Shown here piece by piece: positions 9,392 to 19,032 of a stretch of DNA of 64,000 nt (position 1 is the first letter of the stretch; each line of letters opens with the position of its first letter). Both the position numbers and the translations under genes were made by a program. This stretch comes from Candidatus Omnitrophota bacterium (GTDB taxonomy: Bacteria > Omnitrophota > Gorgyraeia > 2-01-FULL-45-10): NCBI GenBank assembly GCA_020057115.1, contig JAGVGJ010000002.1, positions 857 through 64,856 on the forward strand, written 5' to 3'. A model generated the notes under the pieces. That model had not been told where the DNA came from, made no database searches, and saw nothing but the letters and a program-made list of their open reading frames with translations.

Positions 9392-10687
9392 ATGAAGTCG
9401 AAGGGCATGGTCTTCATATCCGCAGTCGCGCTTGCGGTCATTATCGCGCTATCGCCGCATCTGGGCGCCGAGGCGCCTAAGGGCCCTAGCATCGTCCAGG
9501 TGAAGGGGACCGAGCTCATCGTCCAAAAACGCCTTGAGAACGGCTCGCTCGACCAGCCGAAGGCCTATTTAATGAAAGGCGTGACATGGTCTCCCGCGAC
9601 CCGCGCGCCGGATGATGGCCCGGACCCGGCAAACGCCGCGAAGATAGTGCCTTACGGGTTCTTCTTCGACTGGCCCGGCCGCGCGCCTCAAGGACGGACC
9701 ATATTCCGTTCCTGGCTGATACAAGAGACCTCCAGATACTACAAGACCGACATCCCTCTCATGAAAGAGATGAACGCGAACACCGTGAGGGTCTATGACG
9801 GCTTCGGCGAAAGCCCCGAAGTCAACAAGGCCATCCTCGACGAGTTCTACAAGAACGGCATAATGGTCATAATGGCGATAGCGGCGTCAAAAGATGATAT
9901 CGAGACATACAGATACCTGCGCATAGTGAAGATGTGCAAGGACCATCCGGCGATACTCGTGTGGTCGCTCGGCAATGAATGGAACCTGGAATACAATAAA
10001 TACTACGGATACGAGACCGTCGCGGATGCCGCCACAGCCACCGAAGAAGCTGCAAAAACCATAAAGAAGATAGACCGGAATCATCCGGTAAGCTCCTGCC
10101 TCGGCGACCGCTTTGAAGACAAGGATCCCAAAAATACGGTAAAGTGGATCGTGAAAAAATGTCCGGATGTCGATGTGTGGGGGCTCAACATCTACCGCGG
10201 CATGAGCCTGGGCGACCTTTTTAAAAGATGGCAGGCGACTACGACTAAACCTTTATACATAAGCGAGTTCGGAATAGATTCATTCGCCACAAAGACCTAT
10301 AAAGTGAGAAATGAGATTTATGCGGCGGATATCAAGGGCGGGGAAGACCAGGATGCCCAGGCGACATGGAACATAAAGATGTGGAATGACGTGGCAAAAA
10401 ATCTTTCGGCCGTAAATCCCAAGAATGTTTGCATAGGGGGCATCGTACATTCTTTTAACGATTCCCTGTGGAAGGTAGGCTCATACCATGTATTGCTGGG
10501 AGACCTCATAAATTACAATGACCCGCAGGAAGGCACGAGCTACTCTACCTATAACCCCGAAGGGTTGATCATGAAGGGCTCATTCCCGGATGACGTCGCG
10601 AACGAGGAATACTTCGGCATATTCGACGCCGACCGCAAGCCCAAGCTCATCTTTTACGAGCTCCAAAAATTTTATAAAAACTTATGA
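9392..10687 (+). CDS. Secreted glycoside hydrolase, clan GH-A TIM barrel (GH5/GH2-like).
   Basis: Signal peptide. Candidate acid/base motif WSLGNEW and candidate nucleophile motif ISEFGID. Confidence 0.45.
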   Translation: MKSKGMVFISAVALAVIIALSPHLGAEAPKGPSIVQVKGTELIVQKRLENGSLDQPKAYLMKGVTWSPATRAPDDGPDPANAAKIVPYGFFFDWPGRAPQGRTIFRSWLIQETSRYYKTDIPLMKEMNANTVRVYDGFGESPEVNKAILDEFYKNGIMVIMAIAASKDDIETYRYLRIVKMCKDHPAILVWSLGNEWNLEYNKYYGYETVADAATATEEAAKTIKKIDRNHPVSSCLGDRFEDKDPKNTVKWIVKKCPDVDVWGLNIYRGMSLGDLFKRWQATTTKPLYISEFGIDSFATKTYKVRNEIYAADIKGGEDQDAQATWNIKMWNDVAKNLSAVNPKNVCIGGIVHSFNDSLWKVGSYHVLLGDLINYNDPQEGTSYSTYNPEGLIMKGSFPDDVANEEYFGIFDADRKPKLIFYELQKFYKNL

Positions 10688-10691
10688 TCGC

Positions 10692-10720
10692 TTGCATTTT
10701 ACGTGCAGGATAGGTATAAT
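10692..10720 (+). promoter_or_regulatory. Sigma70-type promoter (TTGCAT-N17-TATAAT) for the PilZ gene at 10748.
   Basis: Hexamers read directly from the sequence. GGAGG RBS downstream. Confidence 0.5.
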
Positions 10721-10747
10721 TAATACCGGATCGGAGGAACATACAAA

Positions 10748-11122
10748 ATGTGGAACGGCATAAACAGAAGAAAATTCCCAAGAGCGAACTACAAGTGCGT
10801 CATCACTATTAAGAAGAGGCTTACGGCCAAGAACATATCAACGCATACCGAGAACCTCGGAGCAGGCGGGATATGCGTGCTCCTCAAAGAGGACCTCGGG
10901 CTCTTCCAGGGAGTTGACCTCGAGATAACGCTTGAAGACAGCAACATGCCGGTCAAGTGCGGCGGCACGATAGTCTGGGTAGTTAAGAAGGGCGAGCCGA
11001 AGCAGAAAGGCTCTTACCTGTATGATACCGGAATAGAATTCATCGACATAAGGCCTGAGGACAGAGACAGGATAACTGCGGTCGTTGACATGATCCTTAA
11101 AAAGAAAGTATATAGCAAGTAA
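10748..11122 (+). CDS. PilZ-domain c-di-GMP receptor (stand-alone).
   Basis: RRKFPR (RxxxR) and NLGAGGICV (D/NxSxGG) PilZ signature motifs. Confidence 0.6.
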   Translation: MWNGINRRKFPRANYKCVITIKKRLTAKNISTHTENLGAGGICVLLKEDLGLFQGVDLEITLEDSNMPVKCGGTIVWVVKKGEPKQKGSYLYDTGIEFIDIRPEDRDRITAVVDMILKKKVYSK

Positions 11123-11139
11123 AAATTCGGCTTGCGCCC

Positions 11140-11168
11140 TTGACAAAGGGCCGGGCGTATGTTATACT
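11140..11168 (+). promoter_or_regulatory. Consensus sigma70 promoter (TTGACA-N17-TATACT), overlapped by the palindrome GCCCTTGACAAAGGGC.
   Basis: Perfect -35 hexamer. The inverted repeat is centred on the -35 and could act as an operator or as the upstream gene's terminator stem. Confidence 0.5.
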
Positions 11169-11201
11169 TGGTAAAATTTATAATAAAGGAGGTGAATCAA
11201 A

Positions 11202-11534
11202 ATGAAGAACGTATTAAAGGGTCTTATTATATGTGTTGCTATATTGATGGTGCTTAATATAGCGGCCTCAAGCTATGCCCAGGATCCGGCAAAGAAACTC
11301 GGAAGAGGAGTTGCCAACATCCTGACAGGCTGGGTTGAGCTTCCGAAGAACATCTACGACACGAGCGTAGAAGATAATCCTCTCTCTGGTCTGACGATCG
11401 GTCTGGCTAAGGGTTTAGGTATGACCATCGTAAGAACTGGCGCTGGAGTGTACGAAACAGTTACATTCCCGTTCCCGATACCTGAGGGCTATGCCCCGGT
11501 TTTAGAGCCGGAGTTTGTGTTTAAGGGTAAGTAA
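11202..11534 (+). CDS. Small secreted protein resembling the exosortase-system-associated TIGR04073 family.
   Basis: Signal peptide plus a KLGRGVANILTGWVELPKNIY motif. The family assignment is from memory. Confidence 0.35.
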   Translation: MKNVLKGLIICVAILMVLNIAASSYAQDPAKKLGRGVANILTGWVELPKNIYDTSVEDNPLSGLTIGLAKGLGMTIVRTGAGVYETVTFPFPIPEGYAPVLEPEFVFKGK

Positions 11535-11556
11535 TCAGCTTACGCTGATAAAAAAT

Positions 11557-11597
11557 AAGGGGATAAAAAGAAATTTTTATCCCCTTATTTTTTTAAA
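11557..11597 (+). terminator. Rho-independent terminator.
   Basis: The AAGGGGATAAAAA and TTTTTATCCCCTT stems are followed by T8. Confidence 0.75.
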
Positions 11598-11657
11598 AAT
11601 TAGCTTGCAACTTATATATATTTATAATAGAATTAGGCCATTAAAAAAGGAGCGGAT

Positions 11658-12017
11658 GTGACCGAAAGAAGAAGATTCATGCGTTTTGAGACCGTGCTTA
11701 ACGCCCTGTGCGAAACGGTAAGCGAGAACGGCAGATCCTCTTCTGAAATAAAGAATATCAGCAAGGACGGCGCGCTCCTCATACTTGCAAAGCAATTAAC
11801 GCAAGGTTCGGAACTGAAACTATCGATGGATGTCCCGGGCGACAATGTGCCTGTATTCGCATCATGCGAAGTGGCCTGGCAGAAGATCTCAAGCAGTAAC
11901 GCTCCCAAAGGATATGAAACGGGAGTGAAATTCACAAAGATAGACAACGCTGACAAGGGAAGGCTCCTGGAATACATCTATACCCAGTGGTTAAAATTCT
12001 TGGATAGCTCTCGTTAG
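11658..12017 (+). CDS. PilZ-domain protein (stand-alone), GTG start.
   Basis: RRRFMRFE and NISKDGALL PilZ motifs. Confidence 0.55.
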   Translation: MTERRRFMRFETVLNALCETVSENGRSSSEIKNISKDGALLILAKQLTQGSELKLSMDVPGDNVPVFASCEVAWQKISSSNAPKGYETGVKFTKIDNADKGRLLEYIYTQWLKFLDSSR

Positions 12018-12052
12018 TCATATCGACGATTCATATAGGAAGGTGAGAGACA

Positions 12053-12397
12053 ATGGTTGAAGAACAGAAGAAAGAAGAAGTGAAGCCGGAACCGCAGGCC
12101 GCAGCTCCCGCTGTGCCCGCGACGCCGGCTGCCGCGCCGGCAACTCCGGATGCTCCGGCCGCTGCACCGGCAACGTCGGCCGCCGCAGCGACTCCTGCGG
12201 CTGAAAAGCCGAAGGAAGTGGCAAAGCCGCGCGGAAAAGCCGCAAGGCCGTCAAACTGCGCATCCTGCAACAAGTCCGTAAAGAAGACCCGCTGGTACTA
12301 CAGGGACGGCAAGTTCTACTGCACGAAGACCTGCTGGCAGGCTGCCGTGAAGAAACAGGAAGCCCCTAAAGAGGGCGCTGTCCCGGAAGCTAAGTAG
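12053..12397 (+). CDS. Ala/Pro-rich low-complexity protein with a C-terminal Cys4 zinc-ribbon-like motif.
   Basis: (A/P/T)-rich N-terminus, then CASCNKS...(13)...CTKTCW. Confidence 0.35.
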   Translation: MVEEQKKEEVKPEPQAAAPAVPATPAAAPATPDAPAAAPATSAAAATPAAEKPKEVAKPRGKAARPSNCASCNKSVKKTRWYYRDGKFYCTKTCWQAAVKKQEAPKEGAVPEAK

Positions 12398-12414
12398 TAC
12401 GACTTTAAGGCCTC

Positions 12415-12975
12415 ATGAAAAAATCAGAGCTATCGCCATGCCCGGCGCTATATCCGGTACCGGTCGCGCTAGTAAGCTCGATCGATAAAGCAACCGGCAA
12501 AATCAACATAATAACGATCGCATGGTGCGGCAACATATGCTCAGACCCTCCCATGGTCAGCATATCGATAAGGCCGAGCCGTCTATCCCACAGCATCATA
12601 AGCCAGACCAAAGACTTCGTGATAAATATTCCCACAAGCGATATGGCGAGGAAGGTAGATCTCTGCGGGGTCAAGTCCGGCAGGGACACCGATAAGTTCA
12701 AGGCATGCTCGCTCACGCCCGCGGCTTCGTTAAAAATATCCTCTCCCGCAATAAAAGAATGCCCGGTAAATATCGAGTGCGCGCTAAAAAGCGTGATCAA
12801 GCTCGGTACCCATGACATGTTCATAGGCGAGGTCCTTACGGTGCGCGCGGACGAGAGCATCATGGGCGAGAACGGCGCCATAGACTACGCCAAAGCAAGG
12901 CCGTTTACATACAACCAGGGCGAATACTGGGACCTCGGCAAAAATATCGGAAGCCACGGTTTTTCCTCCCGCTAA
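12415..12975 (+). CDS. Flavin reductase-like FMN-binding domain protein.
   Basis: PVPVALVSS...INIITIAW is the typical flavin_reduct family core. Confidence 0.6.
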   Translation: MKKSELSPCPALYPVPVALVSSIDKATGKINIITIAWCGNICSDPPMVSISIRPSRLSHSIISQTKDFVINIPTSDMARKVDLCGVKSGRDTDKFKACSLTPAASLKISSPAIKECPVNIECALKSVIKLGTHDMFIGEVLTVRADESIMGENGAIDYAKARPFTYNQGEYWDLGKNIGSHGFSSR

Positions 12976-13022
12976 ACCATCCTTTTGAGTTTTATCCGGA
13001 ACTGTGATACAATATACCCACA

Positions 13023-13373
13023 ATGCAAAAAGACGACTGCATCTTCTGCAAGATAGCCGCTAAGAAGATACCTTCGAAGGCTGTATATGAGGACGACGAG
13101 ATAGTCGCGTTCGAGGACATAAATCCCCAGGCGCCGGTCCATATCGTCGTTATCTCAAAGAACCATATTGAGAAGCTGTCGGATCTCGCCGAAAAAGACT
13201 CTCAGCTTGCAGGCAGGATGGTCATGGCGGCTAAGAATATCGCTAAGGAGAACGGCATACAGGAGTCGGGTTATCGTATTGTCATGAACTGCAATAAAGA
13301 CGGCGGGCAGGCCGTATTTCACCTGCACCTGCACCTGTTGGGCGGCAGGGCGATGAAGTGGCCTCCCGGATAA
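13023..13373 (+). CDS. HIT (histidine triad) family nucleotide hydrolase.
   Basis: HLHLHLLGG histidine-triad motif. Confidence 0.8.
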   Translation: MQKDDCIFCKIAAKKIPSKAVYEDDEIVAFEDINPQAPVHIVVISKNHIEKLSDLAEKDSQLAGRMVMAAKNIAKENGIQESGYRIVMNCNKDGGQAVFHLHLHLLGGRAMKWPPG

Positions 13374-13385
13374 AAGGAGAATGAA

Positions 13386-13748
13386 ATGGTAAAAGTGGAA
13401 AGAAGGGGAGCCCCGAGGGCGCCGGAAAAAGATCTCGCGATGAAACTTAAGCTCGGAGAGCTTGATACCGCGATCTACGCATTGAACATAAGCGCGTCCG
13501 GCGCTTATTGCAAGATCGACAAGGAAGTGCCCCTCATGTCGAGAGTGAAGATAGTAATAATGCTCCCCGACCCCGAAAAGGCGGGCTCGCCCACAAGGCG
13601 CATCGAGGTCACCGGCGTCGTTGTCAGGGAACATCCTGTAGTCGTCGACGGCAAGACGCAGCATTATGATCTGGCCATATTCTTCGAGGATATCTCGCAG
13701 AAGGACAGAGAGGCCATCGCCAGCTACGTCTCGAAAAAGACGGCCTAG
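13386..13748 (+). CDS. PilZ-domain protein (stand-alone).
   Basis: RRGAPR and NISASGAYC motifs. Confidence 0.5.
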   Translation: MVKVERRGAPRAPEKDLAMKLKLGELDTAIYALNISASGAYCKIDKEVPLMSRVKIVIMLPDPEKAGSPTRRIEVTGVVVREHPVVVDGKTQHYDLAIFFEDISQKDREAIASYVSKKTA

Positions 13749-13750
13749 AG

Positions 13751-14473
13751 ATGGGCGGGATCCACTCCCCTGACAGGGTTAAGCTTATCGCCGGGCTCAT
13801 CTCAAACGATCCGGAAATGTTTTCCCGGCTCAAGAGACCCCTGGAGCGCCTTTTAAAAAACCTCATAGACTACGAAAGCCCGATACTGGACTTTGACAAG
13901 ACCAGTTATTACAAAGAGGAGATGGGACCGGGCTTAAAGAGGATATTCTTCGGCTTCAAGGATCTGATAGGTCTTGACGGCGCTTACAAAATAAAGATAA
14001 AGACTAATGCGCTGGAGCGGAAGCTGTCGAAATGCGGGAAAAGGACCGTTAACATAGACCCAGGCTATCTCGACATGGCCAAGCTAGTCCTCTTCTCGAC
14101 AAAAGATTACACGCACAGGATACACCTTAATAAAGGCATATACGCCGAAGTGACGCTCCATTATAAGAACGGAGCTTTCGATATATGGCCCTGGACATAC
14201 CCCGACTACCAGAGCCGCGAATATCGCGAAATATTCGAAAATATGCGGGGGATATACAAGAAACAGACAAGGTCGCCTGACATGCTTATAAAAACGAAAA
14301 GCCTTATAGTCGCGCTCCTCTCGAGTTTCCTGATAGCGCTGGTCCTGTTATTGACGCTGGCATCATACCTTATTTATATGGAGCTAAAGACCAGAGAGTC
14401 CGAATCCTCATACCAAAAACTTATGATCAGGCTGAAGGCCAGCGAAAGAGCGGCTCAGACAGTCGGGAAATAG
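13751..14473 (+). CDS. Membrane-anchored protein with a possible DUF4416 N-terminal domain.
   Basis: NIDPGYL motif in a roughly 180-aa N-terminal domain. C-terminal TM helix and Lys-rich tail. The family name is from memory. Confidence 0.3.
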   Translation: MGGIHSPDRVKLIAGLISNDPEMFSRLKRPLERLLKNLIDYESPILDFDKTSYYKEEMGPGLKRIFFGFKDLIGLDGAYKIKIKTNALERKLSKCGKRTVNIDPGYLDMAKLVLFSTKDYTHRIHLNKGIYAEVTLHYKNGAFDIWPWTYPDYQSREYREIFENMRGIYKKQTRSPDMLIKTKSLIVALLSSFLIALVLLLTLASYLIYMELKTRESESSYQKLMIRLKASERAAQTVGK

Positions 14474-14498
14474 GCTATAATAAAAAGGCACATATCTT

Positions 14499-16211
14499 TT
14501 GAGAAAATTCTACTTCTTCTTAATAACGGGTTTTATAGCCTGCGTGCTCCTGTTCGTCGGGTCGTTCTTCTATCTCGACAGCCAGAAGCGCAATGTCTAC
14601 CATTTTGTAGTGAGCCTCAAGGGCCATGATATCGGCACGATAAAGATAGACAAATTCGTGACCGAAGAGAAGCGCCTCTATAAATCCTGGTCGGAGATGC
14701 CGTTCAATCCGGTATTCGATTCGGACAAGACGAGGATGGTCTTTGACAAGGACTATAAACTCGAGACCTATTCCTATGAGCGATCGGGTTCCGGCGCCAG
14801 CGAGGCCATCCAGATCGAAAATAGCGATAACCGCGTATCTTTCATCTCTATAGCAAGGTCGAAGTTCTCCTATCTGCGCGATATGCCCATAAGAGACATG
14901 ACATTCGTCTTTAAGGAGGATTCTCCGGTCACGTATCTTCCTTTGATAGAGAATTATGATTTCCGCAGAGGCAAGTCCCAGGGTTTCGACGCGATAACGC
15001 CATTCTCCGAGCTATATCCTCCCATGAAACGGTTCGTCACGCTTACATCCATAAGGAATGAATATATCAAGGTTGACAGGCGCAAGATAAAGACAGAGTG
15101 TCTGCTCCTTAAGATAAGGAACTATCCCCAGGGGACCGTCTGGGTCGCAAGGTCGGACAGGAGCATAATAATGATCGACCTGCCGACAGCCGGCATAACG
15201 ATACGCAGATCTTTCCTGCCGAAAAACATATCGGCTGTCGAGTATTCGCCGGACATGGAGAGAGCCTCTGTTAAAGACGTGAAATTCCCGGGTAAAGGCG
15301 GTGAGCTGGCCGGCACGCTATACATGCCGAAGATCGAAGGCAAGCGCCCGGCTGTCATCCTTGTATGGGGAGACGGGCCCGAAAAGGGCGCATACCAGGG
15401 GCTCTTTTCATCCATGGCCGCAGGGCTGGCAAAGGAGGGGTTTATTGCGCTCACGTTCGACAAGCGCGGGGTCGGCGGAAGCGGCGGCGATCCTAACACA
15501 ACTACGGATACTGATGCGGTGGATGACATAGGCTCAGCCGTAGACTTCTTAAAGGCAGAGAAGGATGTCGACCCGGACAAGATAGCCCTCATCGGACATT
15601 CGAAAGGTTCTTTCTACGCTTCGAGGGTCTGCTCGTCCAGAGACGACATAAAGGCTCTTGTGTTCATCGCCCCGAGAGCATCGCTTGAGTCGAAGCAGCA
15701 GGCAACGGACTTCGCAGATCTCATCGAAATGGCCAAAAGATACGGTTGGAGCGAAGATTATCTCAAGAGTGTCATGAAGTCCCAGGTAGAGACCCTCGAT
15801 AAAGCCAGGAACGCAAAGCGCGGCCGTGTTTCGCTACTGGGGAAGCGCTGTTTCGCAGGGAAGATGCAGGAAGAGATGTCCGAAGACCCGATAGCCGTGG
15901 CCGGAAAGATAAAGGCGCCTGTCCTCATATTGCAGGGGAAGGAAGACGGCATATCGCTTGCCGATTCGGCCGCAAAGATAGATAAGGCTCTTGAAGAGAG
16001 CGGCAATAAGGACCACACGCTTACATACTTCGGTTATCTTGATCACTTCATGGCGGCAAGCATAATAGATGGCAAGCATAAGATCCATTATGTGACAGAC
16101 CCATCGGTGGTCGATGCGACAAAGAAGTGGCTTGATGAAGCGCTGGCCGAACCGCCCCCAGAGGCCGCACCAGTGGCTACACCGGCGGCTGCAGCAGAAA
16201 ACACGACCTAG
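14499..16211 (+). CDS. Membrane-anchored alpha/beta hydrolase (dienelactone hydrolase / S9-like), TTG start.
   Basis: N-terminal TM helix, about 250-aa middle domain, GHSKGS nucleophile elbow, Pro/Ala-rich tail. Confidence 0.55.
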   Translation: MRKFYFFLITGFIACVLLFVGSFFYLDSQKRNVYHFVVSLKGHDIGTIKIDKFVTEEKRLYKSWSEMPFNPVFDSDKTRMVFDKDYKLETYSYERSGSGASEAIQIENSDNRVSFISIARSKFSYLRDMPIRDMTFVFKEDSPVTYLPLIENYDFRRGKSQGFDAITPFSELYPPMKRFVTLTSIRNEYIKVDRRKIKTECLLLKIRNYPQGTVWVARSDRSIIMIDLPTAGITIRRSFLPKNISAVEYSPDMERASVKDVKFPGKGGELAGTLYMPKIEGKRPAVILVWGDGPEKGAYQGLFSSMAAGLAKEGFIALTFDKRGVGGSGGDPNTTTDTDAVDDIGSAVDFLKAEKDVDPDKIALIGHSKGSFYASRVCSSRDDIKALVFIAPRASLESKQQATDFADLIEMAKRYGWSEDYLKSVMKSQVETLDKARNAKRGRVSLLGKRCFAGKMQEEMSEDPIAVAGKIKAPVLILQGKEDGISLADSAAKIDKALEESGNKDHTLTYFGYLDHFMAASIIDGKHKIHYVTDPSVVDATKKWLDEALAEPPPEAAPVATPAAAAENTT

Positions 16212-16218
16212 AAATTGT

Positions 16219-16247
16219 TTGACTTTATATCAAAATTATGATATGAT
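16219..16247 (+). promoter_or_regulatory. Sigma70-type promoter (TTGACT-N17-TATGAT).
   Basis: Hexamers read from the sequence upstream of the PilZ gene at 16281/16317. Confidence 0.45.
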
Positions 16248-16280
16248 ATATCGCTTGCAGGGTTATTATTGTAAGAGACG

Positions 16281-16700
16281 ATGATAGCCCTGCTTTTTAA
16301 TTCAATAAGGATACCCATGGACAAGATAAAGGATAAGCTGATCGAAAGACGCCGATATATAAGGCTCGAGGTGCCGCTTAAAGTAACTTATACCATACCC
16401 GAGCTTCATAAAATATACACGGCTGTAGCCAAGAACATATCTGCGGACGGCATAAGGTTCGAGACCCACGAAAGGGCCATCAAGGAATCAAGCGTGATAG
16501 AGCTTAAGCTCGACATCCCGAACGTGGCCAGCGCCGTACATATCAAGGGGCGCGTCATATGGAAATCGAAACTTTCCTTGGAGGACAGCGCGCCGTTCGA
16601 CGTCGGCGTGGAATTCCTCGAAATAGAGGATGACAACAAGAATACCTTCCTCAAATTCCTGTGCGATCTGATCTACAGCCTGCCAGAGGATGCAAAATAA
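16281..16700 (+). CDS. PilZ-domain protein (stand-alone); the true start is probably the internal ATG near 16317.
   Basis: RRRYIRLE and NISADGIRFE motifs. Confidence 0.55.
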   Translation: MIALLFNSIRIPMDKIKDKLIERRRYIRLEVPLKVTYTIPELHKIYTAVAKNISADGIRFETHERAIKESSVIELKLDIPNVASAVHIKGRVIWKSKLSLEDSAPFDVGVEFLEIEDDNKNTFLKFLCDLIYSLPEDAK

Positions 16701-16703
16701 CTT

Positions 16704-17078
16704 ATGCTAAGAATAATGTGCAAATCCAAGATCCACAGGGCGACCCTCACAAAGGTTGACCTCCATTACGAGGGCTCGATAGGCATCGACAAGGATCTGC
16801 TTGCGGCAAGCGACATCTACCCGGGAGAGATAGTCCAGGTGGTGAATGTAAATAACGGCTCGAGGTTCGAGACATACGCCTTCGAAGAGAAAGCCGGCTC
16901 AGGCACGATAGGCCTTTACGGAGCCGCGGCCCATCTTGGCAAGATAGGCGATCTTGTCATAATACTATCAAATTGCCTTCTGGAAGAGAAGAAGGCCAAG
17001 AAACTTAAGATGAAACGCATCCTGGTCGATCCAAAGAACAGGATAAAATCCAAAGACAGATGGCTAGCCTCCCAATAA
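16704..17078 (+). CDS. panD: Aspartate 1-decarboxylase.
   Basis: KIHRATLTKVDLHYEGSIGID and GAAAHL motifs. About 120 aa. Confidence 0.85.
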   Translation: MLRIMCKSKIHRATLTKVDLHYEGSIGIDKDLLAASDIYPGEIVQVVNVNNGSRFETYAFEEKAGSGTIGLYGAAAHLGKIGDLVIILSNCLLEEKKAKKLKMKRILVDPKNRIKSKDRWLASQ

Positions 17079-17533
17079 AGAAACTCCCAAACAGCGTACT
17101 GAGAAAAAAAGCTCGAGCGGTCGGTGAAGTGACCGACGCGGAACGGAAGACCCTCGCCGACATGGCGGAGACTATGTACCTTAATAACGGAGTGGGCCTG
17201 GCAGCGCAGCAGGTCGGCATCGATAAGCAGCTTGCCGTGGTCGACGCGGGAGACGGGCTTATGAAGATGATAAATCCGTGCATAGTCAAGCGCGAGGGAA
17301 CGGTGTCGCAGGAAGAGGGCTGCCTGAGCGTCCCCGAGCTCTCGGTAAAGGTGAAGCGTTCGGCAAAGATAACGGCAGAATTCCTTAATGAGAACGGCGA
17401 GGTCTTGAGGATAACCGCCGACGGGCTGCTTGCAAGGGTGATACAGCATGAGCTCGACCACCTTAATGGAAAGCTGATAGTGGATTACCTAGGGCCGCTG
17501 CGAAAGTTATTCGCGAAGAAAAATAGGCCTTGA
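17060..17533 (+). CDS. def: Peptide deformylase.
   Basis: GVGLAAQQ, EGCLSVPE and HELDHLNG motifs. Confidence 0.85.
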   Translation: MASLPIKKLPNSVLRKKARAVGEVTDAERKTLADMAETMYLNNGVGLAAQQVGIDKQLAVVDAGDGLMKMINPCIVKREGTVSQEEGCLSVPELSVKVKRSAKITAEFLNENGEVLRITADGLLARVIQHELDHLNGKLIVDYLGPLRKLFAKKNRP

Positions 17534-17726
17534 CGAATATTAAAAAACGCTATAAGATGTTATTTTACGAACCGGACAGGATATAGTTAGCAGGTATTTT
17601 GGTGTTCAATATTTTGCATAACTAACGCAGCAGCCATTCAGCCTTTCTCTAAAAAAGAGAAGAGCTTTGGGTGGCTATTTTTATTTTAGGCGTAAATCAT
17701 ATCCGAAAGGAGGTGTAGAAAGAAAA

Positions 17727-17930
17727 ATGGCTCAAGGTTCAGTAAAGTGGTTCAATGATAAGAAGGGCTTTGGCTTCATCATATCCGAGGATGGCAAGGA
17801 TGTATTTGTTCATCACACGGCTATTGAAGGCGAAGGTTATAAAAGCCTGAAAGAAGGGGAGAAGGTTCAGTTCGAGATAGTCCAGGGTCCGAAGGGGGAC
17901 CAGGCAACGAAAGTTGTTAAGCTGTCGTAA
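17727..17930 (+). CDS. cspA: Cold-shock protein (CspA family), with a long structured 5' leader of about 190 nt.
   Basis: [21 protein letters not shown]1 motif. AGGAGG RBS. The internal Met of the listed ORF at 17667 was chosen as start. Confidence 0.85.
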   Translation: MAQGSVKWFNDKKGFGFIISEDGKDVFVHHTAIEGEGYKSLKEGEKVQFEIVQGPKGDQATKVVKLS

Positions 17931-18061
17931 GAATTGTTTACCGTTATTACCTCTTTAGTAAAGATAGCGACTTTTCATGCATCCGGTAAGTATTTTCATT
18001 GGATTTGGTAAAAGAAAAGGGCGTGAAGGGGATTTATTTCCCAAAAACGGCATAAATACAT

Positions 18062-18508
18062 ATGGCGCTATATAAAAACATAGAAGATGATATGAAAGCT
18101 GCCCTTAAGCAAGGTGATGCTCTTAAGCTATCTACATTAAGGATGCTTATTTCGTCTGTTAGGATGCTGGAGCTCGAGAAACAGCTGAAAAGCATCGAAG
18201 ACGGCGATGTAATACAGATACTGCAAAAGCATGCAAAGCAGCGCAAGGAGTCGATAGACCAGTTTACCAAGGGCAACCGCCCGGAACTGGCCGAGAAAGA
18301 GGCGAAGGAGCTCAAGATCCTGGAAGCATACCTCCCCAAACAGCTCAGTGAAGAAGAGCTGATGGCCGTTATCCGCCAGGCTATGACCGATACCGGCGCC
18401 TCGACCAAGGCCGATATGGGCAAAGTGATGAAAGCCGTTACGGAAAAGACCAGGGGTAAGGCTGATGGCAAAGTCGTAAGCCAGCTTGTCGCCGGGCTGC
18501 TCAAATGA
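18062..18508 (+). CDS. GatB/YqeY domain protein.
   Basis: Matches the YqeY family (about 148 aa, KQRKESIDQFTKGNRPELAEKE). Confidence 0.7.
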   Translation: MALYKNIEDDMKAALKQGDALKLSTLRMLISSVRMLELEKQLKSIEDGDVIQILQKHAKQRKESIDQFTKGNRPELAEKEAKELKILEAYLPKQLSEEELMAVIRQAMTDTGASTKADMGKVMKAVTEKTRGKADGKVVSQLVAGLLK

Positions 18509-18545
18509 TCCTCCCCAGATAATACCGAAGGCTCCTAAGTTTTCC

Positions 18546-18574
18546 TTGATTATATTACCGATTTGTTGTATAGT
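18546..18574 (+). promoter_or_regulatory. Sigma70-type promoter (TTGATT-N17-TATAGT).
   Basis: Read from the sequence upstream of the ORF at 18598. Confidence 0.45.
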
Positions 18575-18597
18575 AATCCGCGTGAAAGGAGGGAAAA

Positions 18598-18984
18598 ATG
18601 GGAAAAAGACTTTTAAGCGTATTCTGCGTAATCTTGGCCTTGTCATTTGTCGTCCTTTCGTTCTCGTACGCTGCTGAAACACAGCAGTCGGTCGGGGCAA
18701 AGGCTAAAAATTTCTGGCAGAGATTATTCAACTATCCTGCAAACGTGACGAAAGATACAGCCAATATCGTCGGCGAAGCCGGAAAGAGCACCGTCAACAC
18801 CGTAACTACCGAAGTGAAGACGATCGGTCAGGTCACTTCAGGCGATGTCGCAAAGACTTCTGATCTCGTCACCGAGCCCGTAAAGGCGACTGGCGAAGCC
18901 ACTTACAATGCCGTAAAAGACACAGCTAACATGCCTGTTGAGGCAGCGAAGCAGTCTAATCCGGACGCAGCAGAGACGAAGTAA
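18598..18984 (+). CDS. Secreted low-complexity hypothetical protein.
   Basis: Signal peptide. Thr/Val/Lys-rich. Confidence 0.35.
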   Translation: MGKRLLSVFCVILALSFVVLSFSYAAETQQSVGAKAKNFWQRLFNYPANVTKDTANIVGEAGKSTVNTVTTEVKTIGQVTSGDVAKTSDLVTEPVKATGEATYNAVKDTANMPVEAAKQSNPDAAETK

Positions 18985-19032
18985 CAGCTCTTAAATGAGT
19001 GAGAAAAAGCCATATCTTCACTTAAAGAAGAT

